A DNA stretch of 64,000 bases, from contig JAUFOQ010000016.1 in the NCBI GenBank assembly GCA_040285855.1, positions 62,001 through 126,000 on the forward strand, written 5' to 3'. Source of the DNA: Eukaryota sp. GEM-RC1. Lineage: Eukaryota. The first letter of the stretch is position 1, and each line of letters starts with the position of its first letter. Shown here piece by piece: positions 1 through 12,761 of the stretch. Under the pieces are notes generated by a model that was given only the letters and a program-made list of their open reading frames with translations, ran no database searches and was not told where the DNA came from. The position numbers and the translations under genes were made by a program.

Positions 1-321
1 GTTTTTGAGGCTAAATCCTATTCTACACTACTTCTTCCTCATTTGAGAGGCAAGCGGATTCGGTAAGTAATTAGAAGTTTCTTCAGGTTGGACCATATTG
101 ATTCTATGTTTTCTTCTCTGTGGACAATTAGAAGCAATATGTCCACCTCCGTTGCACCTGAAGTAGACCTGGTATTTGACCCGTCATAACCCGACCTGAC
201 GGCTGACCTTTGCCGTTGACGTGACCCGACGGCTTCAATACTGCCGTCACCGTCCCGTCCGCCTGTCATCGACCCACTAGCGACGGATCGACGTCTTTCA
301 GAAACTCTTTTACAACCACTG
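1..321. mobile_element. Right end of a probable hAT-type element cut by the window edge
   Basis: Cluster of GACGG/CCGTC subterminal repeats at ~178-296. It ends in ...TTTTACAACCACTG (reverse complement CAGTGGTTGTAAAA), a CAG terminus like other hAT elements here. The other end and the TSD are not visible. Confidence 0.55.
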
Positions 322-2422
322 TGTAATTTTGGTGACAATTCACTTTTGCACAATTGATGTGACACATGGACGAACTAAAATGTTCTACATCACTATGAAG
401 TCATCCAATTTCCTGACTCTAATATCGCATCATATCATACTACAGTAGTACAGTCTAAATGCGCTCATTTTGGTACTCACTATATCCAGAAGCGCACTAT
501 ATAGAGCAGGGATTCCTAAAGTAGTCAACTTTTTCAGAATTAAAGTAAAGTAGTGTACACTACTTTACTTTACACTTTAACATACTTTAAGAATGTATAA
601 AGTGATGCTGCATCTTACAATTTTGTTCTTCAATTATCTCTTCATTTTTATGACATCTCTTCCTTCTGAGGAATGGAAAACTCTCTGCGAAGTAGTGGAA
701 GTAGTCTCTAGCACATGTGCCCGGTTCCGTTGTAAGCTGTGTGACGTCGTTCATTCTGTCAACAGGTGGACAATGGAAGGACATTTCTTACGTGACCTAC
801 CTAAAAAGCGTCCCATCTCGCTCTGTACCAACATTGGACCTCCTGGTTCACAAAATGCGCTCAATGTTGCTGCTCTTAGACGATACGTAGAGACTCATTC
901 CCGGGGGCGTAAGCGGAAGGCTTCTCAACAGTCTACACCTGAGACGAAACGAAATGACCTACAGCCCTTTCTTTCTCCCGTTCCTGAACCTCCTGTCGAT
1001 GAATCATCTACCGCGATTGTCATCTCTGAGTCTGATCCAAATACATCATCTCTTTCTCCGACTTCTGCTGTCACGGCTATTCCCCAGCCAACAATAGAAT
1101 CTACTATTCCCATTGCAATTTCCCCCAAGATCTGTAACTTAAAGCAGACAAAACTAAAGAAATTTTATCAAAAAAGTAGCAACCAAAATCTAGATGAAGT
1201 TTTTGCTCTCTATGCTCTAGGAGAAGGATTACCACTCACTAAAGTTTCTAAATCGACAAGGCTGCAAAATGTTATTGAAGGAGCTGTCGAGCATTATAAG
1301 CTGTACAACGAAGTTTTTGAATTACCATCTTATCAGAAATTGATGGACACAGTGGCTCCCAAAATTATTAAAAATGTTAAAAGACAAAGTACAGTCGACA
1401 TTGCTACCCTTTGCACTGGTTGGACTATAGTTATAGATGGATCAGAGATAAATTATAACAGTTTGATTAATTTCTGCCTTGTTGGTCCAAACAGGACAAT
1501 TTTTTACAAATGCATTGAATGCAATTATCAGTCAAAGACTGCAGAGTTCCTTAAAAATCTTTTTGTTTCAGTTCTCAACGAAATTGGTCCTGAATATGTA
1601 AATTTTATCATTACCGATGGAGCAGCAAATTATTTAAATGCAGCAACAGCTGTCCAAGATGTTTTCCCAGCCATCACAGGGATGCGGTGTAGCATTCACA
1701 CTCTCAATTTGTTTTTCAAGGACATTTGCTCGCCGACCTCAAATTACGTTGTGCCTTCAATTCGAAGTATTGTCGAAAAAGCCAACAAAGTACACCACTG
1801 ACCTTAATTAATGTCACTGACATTAATTCCGAACGAACTTTTTGGAAGCCCAAACCCAAATTAATGTCACTGACATTAATTAGGAAGTGACATTAATTAT
1901 GGTGTGTCCAAATTAATGTCACTGACATTAATTCAGAAAGTTCCAAAATAATGTCACTAGATTTTGTTGAATCAAATCTGTTGTCGACGAGCGACTTATA
2001 AAGAAAACATCAGGAATCAAAGTACTCTTTATAGTGTCCGATCTCATGGCACAATTGAATATTCTTCCTGTTCACTGTAGTTCAATTATCGAACTTGGAC
2101 ATACATCGTAAGGAGATATGATTCATTCGAATTGATAAAATCAAAACTGTATATCAACCAGTCGAAAACCGTGTTATTGATGTATTAGTAGAATTGCCGT
2201 TGTTATAAATCTTCTCTTCTTGACTTTCAGTACCGATCAGCAGCATCAACTGACAGGAATCTTGACCACCAGACTCCATCCCCAAACACACAAAAATTAT
2301 CTTATTACTCATCTCTAAAATTCTACAGTGCACAGTGTATCCAATATCCTCATTAACTTAGTTATTATTCGGAAGAACTCATAAGAAAAGGATAAAAACG
2401 ATTCGAAGTTGAAGGTAAGAGT

Positions 2423-4385
2423 TATAGATGGGAGCCGGCTCAAATTTTGCTCACGGCTCAGCTGCAGGTACTAGTTAGCCGGCTATGGCTTCCAACATTG
2501 TTTAGCCGGCTCAAGCCGGCTTAAGCCGGCTCAGCCGCAATGAGTTTGATGTAGATTTATTGTTTAACTGTTTTGTCAAAGCATATGCTTTCAGTGTCTT
2601 CTCTTTGATAGATTTGTTTTATGTGGTTCATTATTGTTATACATAAATTCTACCCTATTCTTCAATTATCGCTACTCTACTCATCGTCCTTCTGATCTTC
2701 TTCGTTCAAAAGCCAGCACCGCAAACACATTAATGCAGTTACCGTGGTGTCATCTAACCGGGAACGCTTCTTAGTTATTACGTTACCAGTTTGTGAAAAC
2801 AATCGTTCACTACTAACGGAGGTCGCTTGAACAGCTAACATATCCCTTGCAAATTTGCTCATCAGAGGAAAGTTTTCAGAGTTTACTCTCCACCAATCTA
2901 AGGGATTGTCATTCTCGGCCGAAAACATAGAAAGATACGTATCTAACTCCTTTTCAACTGATAGATCCTCAGAGTCAGAACGTTCATCTGTGGTACTGTT
3001 CTGGGACACAGATTCTTTGATGATCTTAAGCTTAGCTCTGAAGGATTTGGTCTTCTTTCTCACTTCTCTCTCTCCATTTTCACTGCTATACTCCTCCTGA
3101 AGGCGTGTTAACAGCAGATGTCTAACTTCCTGCAAGTTCACATGCGTTGGCCACATTAAAGGACTTAACTTGATAGACGGATCCATCACAGTTGCAATCT
3201 TGGTCGTGTCATTCAGTACATTGGCATCGTACTTAGCAATGATTTTCTTCATAAAGATGCTACAAAAACCGGTTACTTTGTTTGGATATACCTCACTCAA
3301 TTACTGCATCTTTTTGTGCAGATCTGACTTCCGGCGAATATTCTCCAATTCTGCCAAATTGCTGTTTAGCACTCCTTGGCCAAATTTGGCAATTTCAACA
3401 TCTAGCACTTCTTTTATGGTTTCCCAATACAGACCTGTATGGGAAATTGTCACGTCAGATGCAGATGAAAGATCGGTTGTGATATTGGTTTCAACAGTTT
3501 CAACAGCTTTGACAATGTTACTGTTTCAAAGTCAGATAATATTTGTTCAGTAATTTGCTCATTTTGTAAGAAGTAATTAATGATAGCCAACTGGTCGTGA
3601 TACGTTTTTAGCATGAGATATGTACTATTCCAGCGAGTAGGAACGTCAGAGGGAATTCTTTGAAATTTTTTGCCTGTGTCTTTGGCGCAAGTTTTGAGCT
3701 TTTCATTCATTGATCAGCAAGAATATGATCAACAATGAGAGGAATTACTCCACTTGGATCTTTTTTGAAGGAGCGTTCTGTTGGCTGAAGATATTCAGTT
3801 ATTTGTCGACTCTTTTTAAGGGGAGGAACTTCAGATTCATAGAGCTTATTATGGTGCTTTCTCACATGAGAACGCAAGTTACCTGTGGCTGTCGATGACT
3901 TGTAGCGCTTAAAGACACAAAATTTACATTCGATGGTTTCAGTACGCACTTCTATATCACCATTTGGGAGTTTCTTGGCCGCCTGTTGGAAGAAAGGAGC
4001 AATATCTTTGGGAAGAGGCTTGGGGAGTTCTAAGGAAACTATGTCGTTGGAAGAGTTGCTTTGAGATACTTCTATAGGTTCTTCATTGTCAGAGACCAAA
4101 GTAATGTCCATTGCAAATTGATGTGAAGAATGTAAACTGCTGATTATTGTGCTAATGTTGATAAAGATTATTTTTATAGAAATTCTTTAGTTTTAATATT
4201 TAATGTCCTGCAATGTTATGTTTGTATCAATTCATGAACGAATTATAAGTATTTCAGCTGTCAAAAATGAAATTTCAATAATCGGCTTGAGCCGGCCAAA
4301 AGTTATTTGAGCCAGCCGGCTTGCAGCTGGAAATATTTCCAATTTGGGACAGCCGGCTGGCTCGGCTAGCCGGCTCCCATCTCTA
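2423..4385 (-). mobile_element. hAT transposon (element C) nested in element B
   Basis: TIR TA(T/G)AGATGGGAGCCGGCT, perfect TSD GTAAGAGT (2415-2422, 4386-4393), AGCCGGCT subterminal repeats. Confidence 0.95.
2677..4111 (-). pseudogene. BED-finger hAT (Ac-like) transposase, internally deleted and frameshifted
   Basis: BED finger CKFC...TGNLRSHVRKHH, DVPTRWNSTYLML, PLDWW and ATSVSSERLFS. The catalytic N-terminal part of the DDE core is missing at the ~3710 junction. Confidence 0.9.
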
Positions 4386-5698
4386 GTAAGAGTACCATAT
4401 ACTGACCCGACCTTCAGGGCAACTATATTCAAATGTGTTTCTCATTCCCAACAATGTTTACTTGTAGTTGTACTGTATTTTAGCTTTAGTATTAAGAACA
4501 ATGGAGACTTAGAGTTGAAGAAATCATATACTGGAGATGTTTCTAAATTAATGTCACCTATTTTCCAGAATTGCTCAAACCTAAATTAATGTCACTGACA
4601 TTAATTGCGAAGTGACATTAATTTGGAAGTGACATTAATTAAGGTCAGCGGTGTAGTTGATTTTGTTGTTAACAAGCCTTTCATCCGGAAGCTTTTGAAA
4701 AAGTCAACCCAGAAGAAATTAAAACGAATTTGTTTGACACGGTTTTACACTCAATTCATCGTCATTGAAAGAGTACACGAATTGTACCAAAATGTGAATA
4801 ACACTCTCACGAATGAAGACTATATCACCTGGCTTGCTAAGCGACAACAATCTAGAATTAGAGAAGTATCTGCTGAGGTCAAGCTAATAGTTGCCGATGA
4901 TGATTTTTGGGTTCAGGTAAAATTATTAATTGACTTCTTACGACCAATCATTGACTTAATGCTTAAAATGGACGGTCTAACGCCAATTATGGGAAAATTG
5001 TGCCGATAGCTCGAATTGGAAGATCTGAGGTTATCGACAGCTCAGTTATCCATCCTAGAACTAGGTGAAATTGATAGCATAAGAAGTCGATTTCAGGTTC
5101 GAAAGAACCAATTAGCACATCCTTGTGTTAAAGCTGCATTCTGTTTGGATCCTGAAAACAGAAACATTGTCAGACTGAGTAGATACCTTGACTGTAGGAG
5201 CGCACTTTTTGGTCTCATTGAACAACGGTTCGGTGTGCGTAAGAAACCAGATGTTTTGCAACAGTGGAATGAGTACTAAGTTGGAACTGGGGAGTTTGAA
5301 CATGAAGCAATTTTTCTTAATGCAAGGAAGCAATCTGCTCATAACTGGTGGTATGCCAATGGAGGGGACCAAGAATTATCTCAATTGGCTGTAAAACTGC
5401 TAAGTAGTGTTGCCTCCAATTCAGAAGCTGAAAGAAACTGGTCTGACTTCAGTGTTGTCTGTACCAAAGAGCGATCCAGACTAACAAGTGAGAAAGCCAG
5501 TGACTTTGTGATGATCAAACACAACCTGAAGAGGGGAAAGATAATGAGTAGAAAGTTCTTTGACTGGATTGATGAAGAAGTTCTTGGTCCTGAGCTTGAC
5601 AATTTAGAGGTCACATATGATGAAGAAGTACAGCCTGTGGTGGAGGAGATATTGGTTCCTGAGTAACCTGTAGAAGAAGTGAAAACTTGAGTGCTCAC

Positions 5699-6212
5699 CA
5701 GTGTTCGAAATTTCCCACGTGTTTCTTAAAAGACACCGTGTCGGTGTTAACACGCGTGTCCACACGGTGTCTTTGATGTGTCTTTTGGGTGTTTTTGCGT
5801 GTTTTTTCGAAAAATAAATTCTCATCAACTATACAGAGTTTGACTATCAAAACATTCTTTTGGGCCAATTATTGCCTTTATCTGACATCCCATCACTGAA
5901 TCTTGGATTCTGTGGTTCTGTTGAGTTGAATTGTGTTCTAGGTTTGTTTGACAACGCATCATGTCAGTATTTTGGCCACTTTCTGTTGGCATTGCAGTCT
6001 ATTGTGGTATAACATATTGAAACACATTCAAGTCGAACAATATTGAGGGAAATAAAAGGGTACTTTCGAAGTTTTCTAGGATTTTTCCGGAAAAACACGT
6101 GTACACGCGGTGTCTTTTTGCGTGTTTTTTTGCGTGTTTTTGAAAAGACACCGTGTCCGTGTCCAAACGTGTCTGCGTGTCCAAACGTGTCCACGCGTGT
6201 CTTCGAACACTG
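5699..6212. mobile_element. Non-autonomous hAT MITE (element D) nested in element A
   Basis: TIR CAGTGTTCGAA, perfect TSD GTGCTCAC (5691-5698, 6213-6220), CGTGT subterminal repeats. Confidence 0.93.
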
Positions 6213-7087
6213 GTGCTCACCCACTCTTGATATGTATAGTTTAGATTTTGTAGTTTTTGGTGAGTTTCTACTTTATAAAAGATGCTTAAATTCTTACTTT
6301 CGAAAGGAATAGATGTATACGGGATGGCTGGAGCAACCCTAGCAATCAAGAAAGAAAGTGCTTAAGGTACTGAAAATATCTTAAAGTAAAGTAAAGTAAA
6401 GTAAAGTAAAGTGCTTAAAGTACTTTACTACTTTAAGAATCCCTGATATAGAGTAAAATGCTTGTGCACGTTGATGATTTTATTTATGGTCTTTATTGGT
6501 TATAGACTAGGTTCTCAGTACATTTGTCTAGAAGATGAGCAATGTCACGTTCTGGAACAAGACCGGGAGAAGTGCTACAACTCTCTTACAGAAGTTAACG
6601 GTTATTTTTACTCAATATACTCGTTTACCTCAAGGATTACTGAGCTTTTACAAGCACTTGTTGAGACGAAGTCTTATAGAGCTTGACACTGATGAAGAAT
6701 GTGACGCTATCGCAATCAATGTTTCTGAACTTCTTGTCCAATTCTTCAGTCAACTAGACTTTAAAGAAATTGGAATTGGATGATCTTTTTGAAAATTGAT
6801 ATGAGAGCTTTGTTTGATTCTAAACTGGGTTCTACTTTTTTCTTTTTCTATTACATATCGGTTGTAACTCGACTTTTTGCTTTCACTCATTGATCAAAAA
6901 CATTTGAACACTGGGCTATAAAAACAGCTATCGATTTATCAAGAAAGAATTTATTAAACGATTCAGAAGTAATTGCTCACAACAATGACCAACATGCAAT
7001 CATACTGGTGGATCACAATCACATGTGAACACACTGCCTTTTTTTCTGTGATCGCACCACTTGTGACTCAAATGTGATAGTTACTAG

Positions 7088-7110
7088 TAACCCTAACCCT
7101 AACCCTAACC
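7088..7110 (+). repeat. Interstitial telomere-type repeat (CCCTAA)3 plus partial units
   Basis: TAACCCTAACCCTAACCCTAACC read directly. Confidence 0.85.
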
Positions 7111-7520
7111 TATAAGAATGATACAAATACAAGGATGTACAATAATGTATATCCAATACGTGTTGGGATATAAATATATTGATGCAATGCTTGGTAATGA
7201 AAAAGCTGTAAGTTTACCTGTTCTATCTGATAGTTTAGAAAGTCCTGTTTGATCATTCCTTTTTGGAAGTGCTTTATTTAAATTGGTAGGAGTTGGTTCA
7301 TTGGCTAAAGTTGTAAAATTCAAAATAGGCAGATGTGGTTCAGATGTTCCAAATAAAATACTGCTTTTTCTTAGTTCTATAACCTATGGATTTGTGCTGT
7401 AATCTCTTACTTTATCTTGCCAAATTTCTGTTGATATACCTTCTTCATCTTCTTTTCTTTTATATCAGTCTCTATCTTCAAAAATTCTACTATGATCTAA
7501 AGCAGCTATTTTCTCGAAAA

Positions 7521-8136
7521 CAGGCTTGTTAAAAACGTTGTCCAAAAATAAAAACGACGTTTTTTATCGTCTTTTACGTTTTTTCGAAATAAATAAAAAC
7601 GTTCAGTTCTACTACCTATCTTCATTTTCTGAATTAGTGTGTATTAATTTATTGTTGCAAATAAACTCTAATAAATTCAGTTCAATTTTTCAACTTTTCA
7701 CTTGTTTCTCGCTTCATTTTCATCAACCAAATCTTTCACAGTTCGATCATTACAGCTATCTTCTTTTGAGATTGGAAGGAGAACACCGTGTAGATGAAGT
7801 ACAGTGCTCATCTAACGGTGATCACGTGGACAGGGCGGGAAGATAACATGGTATGTGCAACAAGAACACTGATCGAGTGTACCTGAAGGTCGTTTCACTC
7901 AGATACAGAACCAAAGAGCATACACTGTACGAGCAATGGTGTCACCAACAAATACTCTTGCCTTGTTTCGGTCAGAAACAACATAGCTGAAATAACACCT
8001 GTCAAATTAAGACAAAAGTGGAGTAGAAAGTTGCGTTTATTGTGTCAATCCAGAGTATATAGAACGATGACAAAAACAAAAAACGCGGTTTTTTTCAAAA
8101 TACGTTGTAAACGTTGTTTATCCACTGACAAGCATG
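7521..8136. mobile_element. Probable hAT MITE (second copy at ~14629-15244)
   Basis: Imperfect TIR CAGGCTTGTTA / CATGCTTGTCA, AAAACG/CGTTT subterminal repeats, TSD only approximate (CGAAAACA/CGATAACA). Confidence 0.55.
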
Positions 8137-8806
8137 CGATAACACCATCCAACACGTGTTTAGGTGACCCCGATCATGGCTCACAAGTTGACACCAAATA
8201 TCACAAAGTAAAAAATTTGTTTGATTTTGTGATGTGATTGATGTGACATGTAATATTTTTTAGATTTTACATTACCATGTGTTGATTACTTTCATAAACA
8301 ATGTTAAATCCAAGAATCGGTTCACCAACTTATGAGATAGAAGTAAATTTAACATTGGAACTGAAGAAGCAATTAATGTCAGTTTGTGTTGTATACAAAT
8401 TAAATGTCTTAACATTCCCCATCTATCTTAGATTCCATGGATGGACATAACTATCTGACATCCGCAAACTTCTTTGAGGAACTACCTTTGGGATGCAATT
8501 GGAGAGTTACGAAATCTGGTAGCCTGATTGGAAAGTCAATAAAGTGAAGCACTTTGATTTTATTATTCAAAGGTTGGATCTGGAATATTGTTGGACCTTA
8601 CTACTAAATACTGCAAAGAACTTCCACAGCTGGAAATTAAGCGTACGAACAAGACGTTTACTTCAGTTGTTACATTTCATTTACAAATTTTGTTCAATCA
8701 TTGTGATGTTGTGATGTTAAATCACAAATATCACAAAAATATTGCTTGTGATGTGATTGTCAATGGTTGTGACTCACAAAATCACATTCACAACTATGCT
8801 CCCAAC

Positions 8807-10180
8807 CAGGCTTCACTAAAGTAGTCCGAAATTCAAAATTAAAGTAAAGTAAAGTAGTTTACTTTACTTTAAGTGCTACTTTACTTTCACTTAAAGTTAC
8901 TTTAAGGCCAGTAAAGTACGCCCTGTCAGGGCTCCTCATAAATAAATATAAATTCTATTTATTTCTATTTATTTCTATTTATATTTATTTTTGAGCCTTT
9001 TTGGCGATTATGCAAATAAAACAAAATAAAACAAAATATAAATAAATATAAATAAAATCTCTTTCGTTTATCCATACACTTGAGGCCCTTTATACTCAAT
9101 CTAAGTGTAAAAACTCTCTTTTACATCATAGTCAAAATGAACGCGTGCCAACTGGCTGTCATAATCCTCAATATAAACGAACATTGTGCTCATTTCAATG
9201 AAACTTTCAATATTTCCTACAACGGATTAGTAGAAGTTGATGAAGCGGTTTTCTCATCCAATCCATCTTTTCTTTAGGAGTGAACGAAAGAAACTTTATA
9301 GCAACTAAAATGCTGTTCGATCTTCATGGGTCTCGATGAAATGACAATATTGGAGCAATCATAAGAAGAAAAAGGTCAGATTATCTATCACATCTATGAC
9401 TCAGATATGATTAGATGAGCCAAAAACTATCCAATGAACTGGTTTCCCTTACCATGACTTGAACTAAGACTTGTTTAATAATATTTTGCTTATATTTGTG
9501 TTTTATTTTGTTTTGATTATATTTATTTCACATTTATTTTTGGCACTTTTTGATGTTCAAATTATTTTAAATTATCTTATGAGAGGGCCTGCGCCCTGAT
9601 CTCAATCGTCTTTTCAATAGTTTTTGTAATAAATATTCGTGTTTAGTTTCCTCTTCGCATATATCCATGACTTCACTTCCTTCCGAAGAATGGAGGTCAG
9701 TCTGTCAAATTGTGGAAGTACTGTCACGAACTTGTGCTGGGTTTTACTGCAAGCTCTGTGGGACAACTCACGCGGTCAACAGATGGGCTATGGAGGGGCA
9801 CTATGTTCCAAATCTTGTACCCAAAAGATCCGTTAAGCTTTGCTCTGCCATCAACAACACGAAAATTTTGGCCAATATATCTGCCTTAACTTCCTACTTA
9901 ATAAGTCATGCCAAATCTAGAAAGAGACATTCCATGTTAATATTAAAAAATATTAAAAGACAAGCACTCACTTGCTTGGTCTTTAATTTTTGCAGTTTTT
10001 GGTGAGTTTCTACAATAAAGATGGAGTAATGATCGCTTTTTTTGGACATCTGTGATCACCAAACTAACATTGAAGTATTGTTACTTTATCCATTTTGGAC
10101 GTTTCAAGTAAAGTAAAGTAAAGTAAAGTGAGAAAGTAAAGTAAAGTGACTAAAGTACTTTCTCACTTTAGTGAAGCCTG
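8807..10180 (+). mobile_element. Internally deleted hAT element (element E), related to element A
   Basis: TIR CAGGCTTCACTAAAGT, perfect TSD CTCCCAAC (8799-8806, 10181-10188), empty site at 15908-15915, AAAGT repeats. ORF 9667-10005 (MTSLPSEEWRSVCQIVEV...) is homologous to the N-terminus of the element A transposase. Confidence 0.95.
8927..9591. mobile_element. hAT-type MITE (element F) nested in element E
   Basis: Imperfect TIR CAGGGCTCCTCATAA / CAGGCCCTCTCATAA, TSD CGCCCTG(T/A), AAATA repeats. A diverged, inverted relative lies at 44080-45224. Confidence 0.85.
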
Positions 10181-10229
10181 CTCCCAACCAATAATTCCTC
10201 ATTTCTAAAAATCTTCCACTCTCATCTCA

Positions 10230-11725
10230 ATGCAACATTCATCAAAGAATCACTTACTGTGCGAAGTATGTACAGAAATGATGAAGGACCCCTGTACTTT
10301 ACCATGTGGCCACTCTTTCTGTAGATCGTGTATTCTTACTTGGCTGAAGAAAACCCCATCGTGTCCAAACTGTCGTAGAGAAATAGAAACCCCAATCGAT
10401 ATCGAACAATTCTCTGTAAACATCAAACTGCGTGAAGCAATTGAAGCTCATGGATCATCGAGTCCTGATACTCTATGTCAAAGTTGTGAAGAAGCCGCTG
10501 CGGTAAAGTTCTGTGTTCAATGCGATAATCCCTTATGTGATGATTGCTGCTCTCTATTACACAAGGCCAAATTCATGCAGTCCCATTCCATTGTGTCTCT
10601 CAAAGAACGTAGAAAAGCTGAAATTAAGAAATGTTCCCTGCATCCTTCAAAGGAACTTGAGTATTTTTGCTCGCGTTGCTGTGTTGCTGTATGTATGAGT
10701 TGATGTCTCCTCAATGATCATTTCGAACATAAAAAAGCTCTCCGAGATATAGGCTCTGCCGAAAACGAAATGGAAGAAGTCGTGTTATCCATTAACAACC
10801 AATTAGCTCACACTGGGGAAGAGGTTTCTCGTTTGTCACAAGAACTTGCAACAAATATTGCAGATATTCCGCCACTCCTTCAGCAAGCTGTTAAATCGTC
10901 GTTACAAAGCTCTACTATTGATCTAGAAGCTACTCGTTCTCAATTCTTTGCTTGTAAGAAGGTTGTTGTTACATCTGCTTTAGATGGTGATGTGGATGGA
11001 TTGTTGGATCAAAGAATTACTGAATTAATCAATTTTGTATCAACTGCTAAAGAACAATTGACTTCTTCTCTTCATCAGTGTAGAAAGGCACTGTCTACCA
11101 CTTCTTTTGGTAATCCAGACTTGTTCGTAGAAAAGAGAGTGAAGAAATGATCGCCTCAAAGTCACTTGATTCATCCGATCCGAAACAGGAGTTGGAATGT
11201 ATACCTATCGAGTCTATTCCTGTTGTTGACGTTCGTCCAATTGATCTTGATCTCAAGTTTAGTGTTCTTAATAAGAATGATGGACTAGTGTTATCTGATA
11301 GGGCTCAAATGATTGTTAAAAAGAACGGCACTAAGTCCTGGCAAAGTGTTCTAGCGGATACTCCTTTGACTCACGGTCATGTTTATCGCTGGAAAGTTAG
11401 AAGAGATAGTTTCCAGAGTACAAAACGTAGATGTGTTGGAATAATCACTGAGCGGGTATTTGTTTGTAGAACAAGTCTCTTATCACATCCTAACGCTTTT
11501 CTGTTCTGTTCTACGGGAAACTTCAATAATGGAGAATATCTTGGAACTGAATGGGGATTAGGACAGGTCATTGAAGTTACAGCGGATCTAGTTAATTATC
11601 AATTGAGAATAACTGAATCAACAAATCTATTCGATTTTCTTATCAGTATTGACCGAAATGTTGATTGTTATTATCCTGTGTTCTCGTTACATGGATGTCC
11701 TGCGTCACTTGAACTTGTTAGTTAA
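10230..11725 (+). pseudogene. TRIM-like RING/B-box/B-box/coiled-coil/SPRY gene, chimeric and disrupted
   Basis: RING CEVC...PCGHSFCRSC...CPNC plus two B-boxes. TGC>TGA nonsense change at 10701-10703 relative to the paralog. Out-of-frame junction at ~11148 to a different SPRY-like 3' segment. Confidence 0.85.
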
Positions 11726-11856
11726 ATCGGTTTTTCATTGTACATATTGTAGACTTTTTTTAATTTTCTACATTTATAAATATATTGTCAACAAACATTT
11801 TCTTACATTTTCTGAATTAATATGTATTAATTTCATGTTGCAATAAGATACAACAC

Positions 11857-12599
11857 TTGGCTTAATTAATGTGGACCACACTAAGTTTAAGTACTTTTGT
11901 CAGCTCGTAGAAATTAGAATTAGTGGACACACTCATTATAATTTAATACAAATTGTATGGATTGAAATATTTTGTGGAAAGATGTTATAGTTTCATTGAT
12001 GTTGTGTATATTGTTGGAACAATATAGAAGTTCTTCAATAGTTTTTTATTTGCTTCCAATGTCAAATTTCTACTTCCTCTTACAACAAAACGTTCACTGC
12101 GTTGCTAAATTGATCTTGAAACTTTTTGTTAATTTCTTGAAGCTCTGATTTCAACTGTTTAATTTCCCAACGACCAGGTATGTTCAAGCTCAAACCACAA
12201 AAAAACATTGCTTTCTGAGCACATGAAATACCGTTATAGTCAACTTCTGCAGTAACTTCATTGTTACATTATTCAGCTAATCCAAGAAAGAGTTGTTTTC
12301 CGGGATTGGAAATCTTTTCCAAACTAAAAGAGTTGCGGTTGTTTATCAATTCCATTTTCTTAATGTTCCACTTCTTTAACCATTGCCTTGATTATTTCAA
12401 TAGAATCTGCGGGTTGTAGTAAACGAGTGGTGATGGAAGGTATACAAATCATTGTTGCACTCAAGTTTTCCTGTTTCTTCGTCAATTTCGCCACTTCTTC
12501 TGTGAGAAGGAACATTGTCACAAAAACTGAGTCTTGTTCTACCACTGCTGGTTCTACCGTATTAATAAAATGATAAAATCCACACTAATTAAGTCCAAA
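11857..12599 (-). mobile_element. Degenerate pogo/Tc1-like element remnant
   Basis: Imperfect inverted ends (TTGGCTTAATTAATGTGG / CCACACTAATTAAGTCCAA). ORF 12360-12545 has IPSITTRLLQPADSIEIIKA, resembling the pogo DDE_1 P..T..LQP.D motif. Confidence 0.5.
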
Positions 12600-12761
12600 A
12601 TTGACACTAAAAAAGCGAGCAAATAAAAATTAGTATGGATCACAGTAATTCTTTATCCACGCTAACTACTACAATTGCTGTGTATGTACATGTCTGTTGA
12701 TTGAACGGTAAAAAATTACATTAATTGATTTATTGAGGACTGTGATTAATAGAATTAAACG

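Larger units (their letters stand above)
1793..4653. mobile_element. TA-target TIR element (element B; Tc1/mariner-like target site, family unassigned), no transposase of its own recognised
   Basis: 26-bp TIR CACC(A/G)CTGACCTTAATTAATGTCACT with TA on both flanks and repeated palindromic AATTAATGTCACTGACATTAATT motifs. Excision restores the host ORF. Confidence 0.9.
650..5666 (+). pseudogene. hAT transposase (DUF659-type core plus hATC dimerisation domain), disrupted
   Basis: Motifs WTIVIDG, IITDGAANY, RCSIHTLNL, AHNWW and SEAERNWS. Removing the 1793-4653 insert and one TA restores the frame (ANKV-VDFVVNK). In-frame stops at 5007-5009 (TAG) and 5277-5279 (TAA). Confidence 0.9.
507..6445 (+). 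mobile_element. hAT DNA transposon (element A) carrying three nested insertions
   Basis: TIR CAGGGATTC(C/T)TAAAGTAGT at both ends, perfect 8-bp TSD ATATAGAG (499-506, 6446-6453), AAAGT subterminal repeats. Confidence 0.95.
7114..11148 (+). repeat. Local segmental duplication, copy 1 (paralogous to 14216-16875; carries an extra transposon)
   Basis: Near-identical sequence from AAGAATGATAC to GTGAAGAAAT. It differs by the 8807-10180 insertion, a 6-bp deletion and scattered substitutions. Confidence 0.95.

Noticed and set aside
5007..5279. TAA/TAG reassignment to sense codons, suggested by in-frame stops in the hAT transposase
   Set aside because: Conserved genes end at TAG (DDX6) and TAA (RPB1) at the expected positions and have no internal TAR codons. 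The transposase is simply decayed.
6462..6783. Further hAT transposase remnant (MSNVTFWNK resembling the TRW motif) hosting element A
   Set aside because: Only one weak motif and no clear TIR/TSD pair.
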